In this document: piece by piece, positions 1-8,484 of the stretch
Layout: each line of letters begins with the position of its first letter
Position numbering within the stretch: position 1 is the stretch's first letter
Virus record (IMG/VR): IMGVR_UViG_3300048837_000984
Span: 32,001 to 96,000 of that record
Length of the DNA: 64,000 nucleotides
From: a virus
Direction: 5' to 3' (one strand)
Program-made: the position numbers and the translations under genes
Notes under the pieces: model-generated
What the model saw: the letters and a program-made list of their open reading frames with translations, nothing else
What the model was told of the DNA's origin: nothing
Database searches by the model: none

Positions 1-509
1 GTAATGGCAGCATCGAGAACCAGCGGTCCACCGCTGTAACCGAAGATCTTCCAGAGAACGTCGTAGTCACGGTCAGAGAGGCCGCGCTGGATAGCTGCCC
101 CAATCACGTTATTGCAGACCCAGTCCGGCGCTTCTAGTCGGTCAGCGACGTTGAAGAAACACTTCTCATACCACCGAATCGTCTCGGTCGAGATACAGGT
201 TCTGGCGGAAATTCTCTCTACCGGCTCGCCAGTCAACAACCGAGCCTCCAGGACCCAACGCGTCTTATACCGATCGTCGTTGCGAATACTGTGTGCCTGA
301 GCCAAGCCTGGATAGGCCTCAAGCAGGTTCTCCAACGCACGCTCGGTCTGCGACTGGTTGTAACGAGCCTGATAGCGCCGGAGAAGCATAACGAACGGAT
401 CTTCGCCGTTATGCTTCCCGTACTTACCGCCGGTGAGGAGCCACGCAGCCCGCTCCCACCTCCAATCTGGGGGCCGAAGCGGGCTGTCTTTGTGTAGATG
501 CAAAGACAT
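1..509 (-). CDS. Hypothetical phage protein, partial (runs off window start)
   Basis: Translated by hand: MSLHLHKDSPLRPPDWRWERAAWLL..., open to position 1; TGATG overlap with the upstream gene; absent from the track. Confidence 0.7.
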   Translation of the reverse strand, partial: MSLHLHKDSPLRPPDWRWERAAWLLTGGKYGKHNGEDPFVMLLRRYQARYNQSQTERALENLLEAYPGLAQAHSIRNDDRYKTRWVLEARLLTGEPVERISARTCISTETIRWYEKCFFNVADRLEAPDWVCNNVIGAAIQRGLSDRDYDVLWKIFGYSGGPLVLDAAI

Positions 510-994
510 CAGCTAAAGGTCTCAAAGGTTACAGAAGCGTCCCAGGTCGATGCATCCGCAGAGTTGTTCGGGATGATGACCAGATACAGATAACGTTCAT
601 TCACGGTAAGAGACGCCTGATCCATGTTGATGAATGGGTGCCCGTCGCTACCGCTGGCCGAATCCTGGGAACGCCAATCTACAGCGTTTCCCGACGTGGC
701 CGTCTGCTTGGCAATGACTCGGAACAACCCAACGTCGACAGCTGCAGCCGCGTTGTAGGCAGCTTCAGCCTCAGAACCGTCTCCGTAGGGTGTAGAGGAA
801 GCCAGGACCTCGACGTCGAAGCCGGCATTTGTGCCAGAAGCCTGCTTCACATAAACGCGATGCAGACGCCCTTCCGAGTAAGCCGGCAGCTTGGTGACCT
901 TGCGCTTGGCCGTACCAATCGTGATAGCAGCCTTGGCCTTGGCCGGGGCCTGGGCGTCGTCTGTGTACAGGATTGAATGAATTCTGTTCGCCAC
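509..994 (-). CDS. Hypothetical protein (161 aa), possibly virion
   Basis: GGAG SD upstream, coupled to neighbours, natural composition. Confidence 0.75.
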   Translation of the reverse strand: MANRIHSILYTDDAQAPAKAKAAITIGTAKRKVTKLPAYSEGRLHRVYVKQASGTNAGFDVEVLASSTPYGDGSEAEAAYNAAAAVDVGLFRVIAKQTATSGNAVDWRSQDSASGSDGHPFINMDQASLTVNERYLYLVIIPNNSADASTWDASVTFETFS

Positions 995-1005
995 TTAACG
1001 CTCCT

Positions 1006-3375
1006 TTAGTTGGCCGTGTCACCAAGGTCAATGTCCATGCCCTCATCTGGGAACGGCTCGACCGACTTGCGCTTCAGCGCCAGGACAATGTCTCCGACCG
1101 CCTCGAAAGCATTGCGGAGGCTGTCTTCCAGCTCTGGCATATCTTGCTTACCGTACCGATCCTCAAAGGCTTCACCATGCCAGTAGAACAGGAACAGTAC
1201 GCGCCCGAGGCGATCCAGACCCTTCATCATGTCGCCGAGAAACCGGTCGATCATGTTTTCCTGACGGACGACACCCAACAGAGAACCCAGCATGGCAGTG
1301 TCAAACACTTCACGCTGACCACTATTTGCGGCCTGCTGGGCAATTTCCATCGAGCGTCGATCAGGTCCACGCGGGTCGTAGATGTTTCTGTCCGTGTTGG
1401 CTGCCATCAGGTCTGGGACAGGTAGCTGGAATTCCGAGTGAAGAACAGACGGATAGCCGTTCGTCGTCATGATGTCGCCACCTGAGTACGGCTCTGGGAA
1501 GCTAGGCGCTCCCGGCGTGTACTTGGCCAGGTCACCGATAGGCTCAGCGTACTTGACGCGGAATTCCGCAACCTTGGTGTACGACTTCTCGGCTGTCTTC
1601 AACAGGAGATCAGCGGCCTCTTTCCGGAAGCCGTGATCACGAACCAAGGAGATCATTGCTTCCTTGCGCGTTTGCTGGTCCTGATCGTTGACAGAAACCA
1701 TTCGACCGTTGGAGAAGATCTTAAGCGCCGAAGTCTCGGCCAGGAGAGCCATCTGGACGTCCTCAATGCGCCCAGGTCGGATTGGCTCCCGCTTCTCGTC
1801 ATCCGATTCAGGGCTGACACGGATCAGTCGGAAATTGTCTGGAACGAACAGGTCAGTCCCATGCGCTCGCATGGCCGACCCGGGCCGCTTGTTCAGGACA
1901 ATGCGGCTGTCACAGCTGCAGCACGAGTCTACTGGGTCAAGTCTTTCCCGCGGCGGCTGGCTCAGCCACTCGGGCGACCGGTCTTGGGCGTAGTCGTCAA
2001 ACCAGACGTCATAGGACTCGCTGCGGCCATTCGCTTCGTCACCTGGATACTCGTCGTGGACCTTGAACGGCGCAGACCCTTCGCCGTTGGGACTGAGGAG
2101 GATCCACTTACCGTCGTGCGGAAGGCTCTGGGCTTCCTGGCCGTTATCTTCCAGCCACTTGCGGAAGACTTCCTTGCTGCTTTGACCCTTGGTCCAGACG
2201 TTGGCTGGGTGCGTGTTCAGGAACGCACGAGAGCCGTCAGCCCGGATGACCGTGCAGAACTGATGTCGACCGGCACTACTGTACGGTGCCATAACGACCA
2301 GGCACCGCTCGAAGTTGCCTGGGCGAGTCAAGACCTCGTACAGACCGGTCTCGATCGGATTTTGCATCTCCGCAGGTTCGATGACGTTGTAGGCGTGCGT
2401 CACTTCTTCTTTGAAGCGGTCATCCTTGACTAGAACCTCTTCCCTGAGAAGCTCTTCGCGCTCCGTAGCGTCCAGCTCGTTGAGAGCTGCGCCAGACTTG
2501 TACAGGTCATAGATCCGCAGACGCGGCTTTGGTCCGGTTGGCTTGACCGGATCGTCGGCTAGGATGCTAGCCTTCTTCTCGACTTTATTTTTAAGTGCCC
2601 GATCGAGAAGTCCCGGGTAGAACTCGTCGATGGCCTTGAACACTGACGGGTACTGGCTGGCAACCTTCTCCAGGATGTACTTCACCGTCGGGGCACCGGT
2701 TTCAAGAACAAAATCAGCAAAGCCAGCGACCTTGCTGAACTTCTTGTCCGTCGCTGGATCCGTAGTGGCAAAGTAAGCCAGCGACGGGAGGATTTCCAGA
2801 GACCACTTGGCGACGGCTGATGCAAACTTGTACGGCGAACGGGCCAGCTGGTAGAAGTGTGGAGCCTGCACGCCCAGTTGGGACAGGTTCCGGTCGGTGG
2901 TCTCACCCAGGACACTGGGCTTGCGGCCAAGCAAGTAGTTGAGCCAGTTCTCCTTCAGCGGGATGAAAGCGTCCTGGTTCTTGATGTATAGCAGCTCGTG
3001 ACCCTTCAGGTCGCCGTTCAGGAAGAACACCGGAACATACAACCACTGGGAGCCGATCTTGAAGCCGAAGACACCAACCGCTTTGGTGTTGTCCTGGTTC
3101 TTCTCAATCAACTGGAAGCCGACCATGAAGTCGAGAAGCTTGGGAGCCTTGTCACGAATGTAAGCGTTAGCAAGATTAGCAAACGCTGTTTCAAACGGCA
3201 TGTCCTGGTCGCCACCGAGTTCGGCGAGCTTGACGCGTCGGTTGCCGAGGGACAGGTTACGACAAACCTGGAGCCAGTGCGAAGCGGACTTGCGCCACCA
3301 ATCAGGCGAAGTACCGGACGCACTGTTGTTCCAGTTTTTGAACCTTACCGCCTGGCTGGCTGCTTTGGTAATCAT
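1006..3375 (-). CDS. Large hypothetical phage protein (789 aa), putative virion protein with K-x-A motifs
   Basis: Long ORF; EKKAS, KFASA, KVAGF, KVAEF motifs; no family recognised. Confidence 0.8.
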   Translation of the reverse strand: MITKAASQAVRFKNWNNSASGTSPDWWRKSASHWLQVCRNLSLGNRRVKLAELGGDQDMPFETAFANLANAYIRDKAPKLLDFMVGFQLIEKNQDNTKAVGVFGFKIGSQWLYVPVFFLNGDLKGHELLYIKNQDAFIPLKENWLNYLLGRKPSVLGETTDRNLSQLGVQAPHFYQLARSPYKFASAVAKWSLEILPSLAYFATTDPATDKKFSKVAGFADFVLETGAPTVKYILEKVASQYPSVFKAIDEFYPGLLDRALKNKVEKKASILADDPVKPTGPKPRLRIYDLYKSGAALNELDATEREELLREEVLVKDDRFKEEVTHAYNVIEPAEMQNPIETGLYEVLTRPGNFERCLVVMAPYSSAGRHQFCTVIRADGSRAFLNTHPANVWTKGQSSKEVFRKWLEDNGQEAQSLPHDGKWILLSPNGEGSAPFKVHDEYPGDEANGRSESYDVWFDDYAQDRSPEWLSQPPRERLDPVDSCCSCDSRIVLNKRPGSAMRAHGTDLFVPDNFRLIRVSPESDDEKREPIRPGRIEDVQMALLAETSALKIFSNGRMVSVNDQDQQTRKEAMISLVRDHGFRKEAADLLLKTAEKSYTKVAEFRVKYAEPIGDLAKYTPGAPSFPEPYSGGDIMTTNGYPSVLHSEFQLPVPDLMAANTDRNIYDPRGPDRRSMEIAQQAANSGQREVFDTAMLGSLLGVVRQENMIDRFLGDMMKGLDRLGRVLFLFYWHGEAFEDRYGKQDMPELEDSLRNAFEAVGDIVLALKRKSVEPFPDEGMDIDLGDTAN

Positions 3376-3441
3376 GGTCCATCCATGGACTTAGGTTGAC
3401 TGAGACGGTTTACTCTATGGTAACCATCCTCTGGTTCAAAG

Positions 3442-6400
3442 TCACTCGCCTTCAAGGTCCGCTAGAACGGAGTCTTGCTTGGGCTTCTTTGGTGGAAGTT
3501 CCAAAGACTTGACCTTCTTGGGGTCGTATCCTTGAGTCAGACCCTCGCGACCAAAGTTTTCGGCTCTGGCCAGGGCTGGGACATAGCTGGTACCCAGTTC
3601 GTTGGACTTATCGCCGCGGTGAACGCCCTTGAGTAGGTTCTTCTGTAAGTAGCTACCCAGGAACCGAGTCATCCAATCGGGGTCATGCGTCAAGTTTTCC
3701 ATACCTCGAACCATCTCAGCACGGAATGGTGGTTCGTCTCGGTGGACTGCGATGTTATTGACGCCGAACTTCTGTAGCTGCTTGACAGTGCTGGGTCGAA
3801 TCGGCGTGCCAATCGTGTAGTGCAGGGTCGGCTTTTCCAGATACATACCTACAGCCTTCTTGGGGTCCATGATTGTGTACCCCTCACGCGGCCGGTAATC
3901 GTGTTCTAGGCGGCTGTACTGGACAACGTCGTCAGGCAAGTAGTCTTCCATTTCGTCCGACATACGGACGTGGTCGATGAGGCCGCGAGCGATAAGCTCA
4001 ACGTTCCTGCGATGCGCTGGAATTCCAGATTCCTTGTAGGCGTCCATGAAGGCGTTAACGAAGTAACGGCGACCCTCGCCGATGCCCTTGTACTGGACAA
4101 TCTCTGCGGGGTTAGGAATACCTTCACTAATGACGTCACCGGCTTCGACCTCGTCACCTGGCTTGACCTTTAGGTTGTAGCCGGTCGCAACGTAATGGTC
4201 CTGGTTATCAATCGTGATGTAGTGGCCACCTTGTGGGGCTTCACGAATGCCTGTAACCTTTCCGTCCAGTTTGGCGTGTGCGGCACCGCCCTTGAAGGTC
4301 TTTGGAACTTGGACAAGTTGGTTGACCAGCTTGAAACCGCTAACACCTTTAGCCGCGCCGGCGACACCACCTGAGTGTTTGGAGCTGTTCGAGACAATTA
4401 AACCGTTAGCTAGCACGAACAGATGGTCAGGATGGTCAACTTCAATGTCGTAGGTTGCCAGACAGCCAACTGGCTCTTGCGAACGGCGATAGTATTTACT
4501 GCAGTCCGTGTCGAGACGTGGTTTCCAGTCGGCTACAATCCGTTCCGCCGTATGTTTCTTCACCCCGTACAGAGGGATACAGTCAAGGAACTTCAAAACC
4601 TCCGGACGCCTCGTGATCGTGAGCGAGTGTAGCAAACGCTTTCGACTAGACCCCGTCGAGTGAATACGGCCAGCGTGAATCGCGAACCGTATACGTAGAA
4701 GATCGCGTAATTGCTCGACCATCCGCAGAGAAGTTGAGCCAAACTGAATATGCAGAGCTGCTGTGTCACGCGTAGAGGAGGCCGCATACAGAGAACCGTC
4801 CGTGACGTATAGCCCGGCGATTAACTGTTGTACCGACGTTTGGTCCCAGCCCCAGACTTCCTCAGGGATCACCTTATCGTGTGCGTACTTGCCGTGCATC
4901 TGGTAGAACTTTAGCTTAATCAAAGCTGGGTTACGATCGCCAGGCAGCATACGCCCTGTGGCCTTATCCTGTTTCACTGTGTCGCGGACCTGGCTAATAC
5001 GCCAGTACCCCTTCTGCCCGGCAAGAAGCTTGGCCTTGAGACCGAGTGATTGTAGGTATGGCTGAATATCTTCAATCAGCGAAGGATCGAAGCAAGACAG
5101 ATGCACGCCATGAACCGACTCAGTATAACAGCCGTCGCCCAGAAGCAACCCCAGCAGAAGCGCGTACGGTTCTGCCGAACCGCCGGTAAAGGATACCGCT
5201 GTCGTCATTTCTGCGCCATAACCGACACACTTCTCCGCCACTGGCAAGACGTCGCAAATCTTCCGCTCGTGCGGCAGGCTCCAGTAGCGGGCTGTAGCTA
5301 ACAGCTTGTGGTCTGGTGTTGACACCAGCTCGATAAATTCTCGCGTGGAAGCGACTCTGAACAGTGTCCGGACGCAGTCGCGCGGGCCGTTATTGAAGGT
5401 CCGTAAAACGCGAACCGGAAAAGTGCAACCACTACGGTCGGCACCTAGGACTTCTTCTCCGACGTTGATTGCTTCAATTGGCCGGACGCTCCAGTCCGCC
5501 ATCCTGACCAATGTTCCTTCAGCCAGGCATAGCTGGCTTTGACTGAGCGGTTCGCCAAGGGCATTTGCAGCAGCTATGCCAACAAAGTCCCCGACAGGTG
5601 GAATGTCTCCCTTTTCTCGAACACCGAGATCTCGCCCGTAGACGCCACCCTCGGGCGGGCCACCAGTCAACGGGCTGCGGACCAGAATGTCGTCAATGCC
5701 CTTAGACTTTAGGTCAGTGATGATCTTGGGGTTGAGAACAGTATTGCGCGGATAACCGCCGGTTGAAACAGCCAGCAGGGCACCCACATTGTCTGGGTCA
5801 TCGGTACTGGTTGGCAAGCCGACAGGTGTATCGGGCTCTCCATCACCGTCCCGGTCAAGCGCCGTAACTACAAGTCGGTGCGCGACTTGCGTCATCTGCT
5901 TGCTGTTCGACACGATCGCCCCATTAGCGAGCACGAACAAATGGTCAGGATGTGCTACCTCGATATCGAATGTACGTTCTACGCCAACGTAGGTCGAATC
6001 GACGAAACGCGCAAGAGAGTCAGCAAGCACAGCTGAGTAACTTCCATCCAGGTCACCCAGCTTAGCCATTTCCGGTTGGGAACAACTGTCCTTAGTGGTC
6101 AGGATCTTGTGGTCTACAGTAGCTGCAATCCCGATTAGCTCTGTGCTGGCTCCGCTACAGCGGAAGCTAAACTTGTGAACGTCGCGAGGACCGTTGTCAA
6201 AAACCGCAGACACTGGTACCGGAAAAGTGTTGCCGGCCTTGTCTGCTCCGAGGACAACGTCACCGGGTGCGATTTCCTCAATAGGCTTGCAGCTGAAGTC
6301 ACCCATACGAACTGACGTACCTTCAGCCAGACAAAAGAATCCCGCATCCTGGGTACTGTTAGAGACGGTCAGAAAGTTTTCCAGCACGAACATGTGGTCG

Positions 6401-7380
6401 GTATGATCGACTTCAAGGTCGAAGGTCTGGATCTCACCGATGGGATCGGAACCGACGAACCGCACTAGCGGTTTATCTGGCGAGTCCGCCAGAACAGCGG
6501 AGTATCGATAGTCCAGGTCGCCAAGAGCAACCATCTCTGGCTTGGCGCAACCGTCTGCCAGGGCAAGGATCTTGTGATCTTCCGTGGCATGAACCGTGAT
6601 CTCGTCTTCGAATCGGAAGCAACGGCACTTGCGGAGACCGTTGTCAAACTTGGCGACAACGGTAACGAACCCAGTGTTGCCGTTCATGTCCGCGCCAAGG
6701 ATCTTGTCCCCGGGTTTGACCAGGCAGATAGGGATGCTGAAGTAGTCCTTCAGAAACACCTTCTCATATGCAGCCAGGCAAAACTTGGTATCGACGACAC
6801 CTTTGCGAGCGCCGAACGATCCTGCAAAGTACTCGGCCGGCGACAGGCCTTCCGAGTAGCTCTTCAAAACTGGAATGGGTATAGGTCGGTTGTGGTGGTC
6901 CACGTACAGAAGGTCGCCTGCACGCAGAGAGCGCAAATTTGTCTTGTTACCGCGGGCTCCAGACAGGACCTGGTGCGCAAGCGGATTTCTCTCCAGGAGG
7001 CTCTCGTCGTAGACTCGGTTCTGGAGCGACTCCCCTTCCGACATCAGAAGGTCGACAACTTTCTGCTCTTTTTCTGTGTCAGAAAGGTCCGACCGATAGA
7101 TGTTGCCGATTTCCTTCTGCAACTTCATCTGAGCGGCCTTGGCAGCGATCGACCTTTTAAGGTGCTTGAGGCCAAACGAATTGCCACCAGTCGCATAAGA
7201 AACCTGAGAACCGATCTTGCTCAAGTCAAATACGATTTGCCGGTACTTGTCTGGATGCTTGGTTGCAACTTCCTGGAGAAGATCCTGAATGCCCTTCTTG
7301 TCAAGAATACGGTCGTACCTGCGCAAGTCAGGCGGAAGAACCTGGTTGACCAGCAGCTGTCCGACCGTAGTCTTGAGCAT
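3442..7380 (-). CDS. rpoC: DNA-directed RNA polymerase beta' C-terminal subunit with three inteins
   Basis: TTVGQLLVN, SGARGN, EGLSPAEYFAGSFGARKGVVDT (bridge helix), AAANALGEPLSQ...SSKHSGG (trigger loop), GEGRRYFVN, HRRNVELI. Confidence 0.92.
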   Translation of the reverse strand: MLKTTVGQLLVNQVLPPDLRRYDRILDKKGIQDLLQEVATKHPDKYRQIVFDLSKIGSQVSYATGGNSFGLKHLKRSIAAKAAQMKLQKEIGNIYRSDLSDTEKEQKVVDLLMSEGESLQNRVYDESLLERNPLAHQVLSGARGNKTNLRSLRAGDLLYVDHHNRPIPIPVLKSYSEGLSPAEYFAGSFGARKGVVDTKFCLAAYEKVFLKDYFSIPICLVKPGDKILGADMNGNTGFVTVVAKFDNGLRKCRCFRFEDEITVHATEDHKILALADGCAKPEMVALGDLDYRYSAVLADSPDKPLVRFVGSDPIGEIQTFDLEVDHTDHMFVLENFLTVSNSTQDAGFFCLAEGTSVRMGDFSCKPIEEIAPGDVVLGADKAGNTFPVPVSAVFDNGPRDVHKFSFRCSGASTELIGIAATVDHKILTTKDSCSQPEMAKLGDLDGSYSAVLADSLARFVDSTYVGVERTFDIEVAHPDHLFVLANGAIVSNSKQMTQVAHRLVVTALDRDGDGEPDTPVGLPTSTDDPDNVGALLAVSTGGYPRNTVLNPKIITDLKSKGIDDILVRSPLTGGPPEGGVYGRDLGVREKGDIPPVGDFVGIAAANALGEPLSQSQLCLAEGTLVRMADWSVRPIEAINVGEEVLGADRSGCTFPVRVLRTFNNGPRDCVRTLFRVASTREFIELVSTPDHKLLATARYWSLPHERKICDVLPVAEKCVGYGAEMTTAVSFTGGSAEPYALLLGLLLGDGCYTESVHGVHLSCFDPSLIEDIQPYLQSLGLKAKLLAGQKGYWRISQVRDTVKQDKATGRMLPGDRNPALIKLKFYQMHGKYAHDKVIPEEVWGWDQTSVQQLIAGLYVTDGSLYAASSTRDTAALHIQFGSTSLRMVEQLRDLLRIRFAIHAGRIHSTGSSRKRLLHSLTITRRPEVLKFLDCIPLYGVKKHTAERIVADWKPRLDTDCSKYYRRSQEPVGCLATYDIEVDHPDHLFVLANGLIVSNSSKHSGGVAGAAKGVSGFKLVNQLVQVPKTFKGGAAHAKLDGKVTGIREAPQGGHYITIDNQDHYVATGYNLKVKPGDEVEAGDVISEGIPNPAEIVQYKGIGEGRRYFVNAFMDAYKESGIPAHRRNVELIARGLIDHVRMSDEMEDYLPDDVVQYSRLEHDYRPREGYTIMDPKKAVGMYLEKPTLHYTIGTPIRPSTVKQLQKFGVNNIAVHRDEPPFRAEMVRGMENLTHDPDWMTRFLGSYLQKNLLKGVHRGDKSNELGTSYVPALARAENFGREGLTQGYDPKKVKSLELPPKKPKQDSVLADLEGE
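4387..5529 (-). mobile_element. Intein (381 aa) with LAGLIDADG homing endonuclease, in the trigger loop
   Basis: CLAEGT...TPDHK...LLGLLLGDG...AGLYVTDGS...TYDIEVDHPDHLFVLANGLIVSN/S. Confidence 0.9.
5905..6333 (-). mobile_element. Mini-intein (143 aa), bridge helix site 2
   Basis: CLAEGT...TVDHK...TFDIEVAHPDHLFVLANGAIVSN/S. Confidence 0.9.
6358..6780 (-). mobile_element. Mini-intein (141 aa), bridge helix site 1
   Basis: CLAAYE...TEDHK...TFDLEVDHTDHMFVLENFLTVSN/S; 8-aa extein STQDAGFF separates it from the next intein. Confidence 0.9.
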
Positions 7381-7383
7381 TTC

Positions 7384-7626
7384 TCATTCCCTGTTCAGGT
7401 CCATGCGGTCGATGACGACGGTGTCGGCAATACCGCACATCTTCAGTTGAGCCAGGAAGTCCTTGTCGAGAGCGTGACTGGCTCGAATGTGTTCCCGGCC
7501 GTTGACTCGATCTTTTTGGTAAGTAATTGCAAAGGCGACTGGGTTACCCATGTCGTCTCGCACAAGCACACGGGTGGCCTCGACGACCAGTGGTTCGCCG
7601 AGGCCATTGTGAATCTCAAGCTTCAT
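7384..7626 (-). CDS. Hypothetical protein (80 aa)
   Basis: Tightly packed between neighbours, natural composition. Confidence 0.75.
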   Translation of the reverse strand: MKLEIHNGLGEPLVVEATRVLVRDDMGNPVAFAITYQKDRVNGREHIRASHALDKDFLAQLKMCGIADTVVIDRMDLNRE

Positions 7627-7629
7627 GGA

Positions 7630-8418
7630 TTACGCCTTTTTGCGCCGGAGCATCAAAGCCACTGCGGCTGCCTTGGACATAATTTTTTTGTGATCCACTG
7701 GCGTCCCAATATTGGCCGCTGCCGCCTTTTCTCCGCCTCCACCGACGTCCCCACCAGGAGGCGTCGGGAAGGCGCCCTGAATGGGGCTGATGGGCGGAAT
7801 AGCGCTCTGGACTTGAGAAGCCCCTGGAGTCACGTCAGAACCACCGGACTCAGCCGTGGCTGGGGCTCCAGTCATCGGGTCGCGGTTAGGACCGTCGAGA
7901 ATGTCCATAGGCAGCTCGATGTTCTGCATTCGCAGGAAGTGCAGGAACATCTTCTTCAGCTGGAAGACGTCCGTGGCAATGGTGTTGATGTCTGGCTTGG
8001 GAGCCTTACCGCCCTTGCCGCCTCCCTGCGGGAGAAGGCCAGCAGCAGACAACTCGTCGCGGATCGCGCTACGGATGTCTCCACCGCCTCCGCCGCCACC
8101 TGCGGCTGGGTCGGGCGGGGGAGGTGGCGGAGGCGGCATCCCACCCATCATGGCTGGATCCATTGGCGGCATGCCCATCATCGAAGGATCCATCGGTGGT
8201 GCCCCGCCAGGAGGCATCCCACCCATCATGGCCGGATCCATGGGAGGAGCTCCACCAGGAGGCATAACCATCATTGAGGGATCCATCGGTGGTGCCCCAC
8301 CGGGCGGCATCCCGCCCATGGCCGCTGGATCGGCCGGCATAGCGCCACCAGGAGCGGGCACGAATGCTCGCTTCTGTCGTGCTTTAGCCATTTTGACCAG
8401 ATCTAAGTTGAGACCCAT
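7630..8418 (-). CDS. Pro/Met/Gly-rich low-complexity protein (262 aa)
   Basis: GGMPPGGAPPMDPxMM repeats; GGAG/AAGG SD. Confidence 0.8.
   Translation of the reverse strand: MGLNLDLVKMAKARQKRAFVPAPGGAMPADPAAMGGMPPGGAPPMDPSMMVMPPGGAPPMDPAMMGGMPPGGAPPMDPSMMGMPPMDPAMMGGMPPPPPPPPDPAAGGGGGGGDIRSAIRDELSAAGLLPQGGGKGGKAPKPDINTIATDVFQLKKMFLHFLRMQNIELPMDILDGPNRDPMTGAPATAESGGSDVTPGASQVQSAIPPISPIQGAFPTPPGGDVGGGGEKAAAANIGTPVDHKKIMSKAAAVALMLRRKKA
8080..8320 (-). repeat. Coding tandem repeat (GGMPPGGAPPMDPxMM, about 4 degenerate copies) plus poly-Pro and poly-Gly
   Basis: Repeated gatccatcggtggtgcccc and ggcatcccacccatcatggc units. Confidence 0.85.
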
Positions 8419-8484
8419 CTTGCCCTTCCTTGGCTAGGAGACTCCGCTAGTGCGCTGTACGTCTGATTGTACAGCCAAGTGGCG

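Noticed and set aside
6574-8277. 567-aa plus-strand ORF (also 1633..2433, 12469..13344, 16599..17756)
   Set aside because: Antisense shadows of well-supported minus-strand genes in GC-rich DNA.
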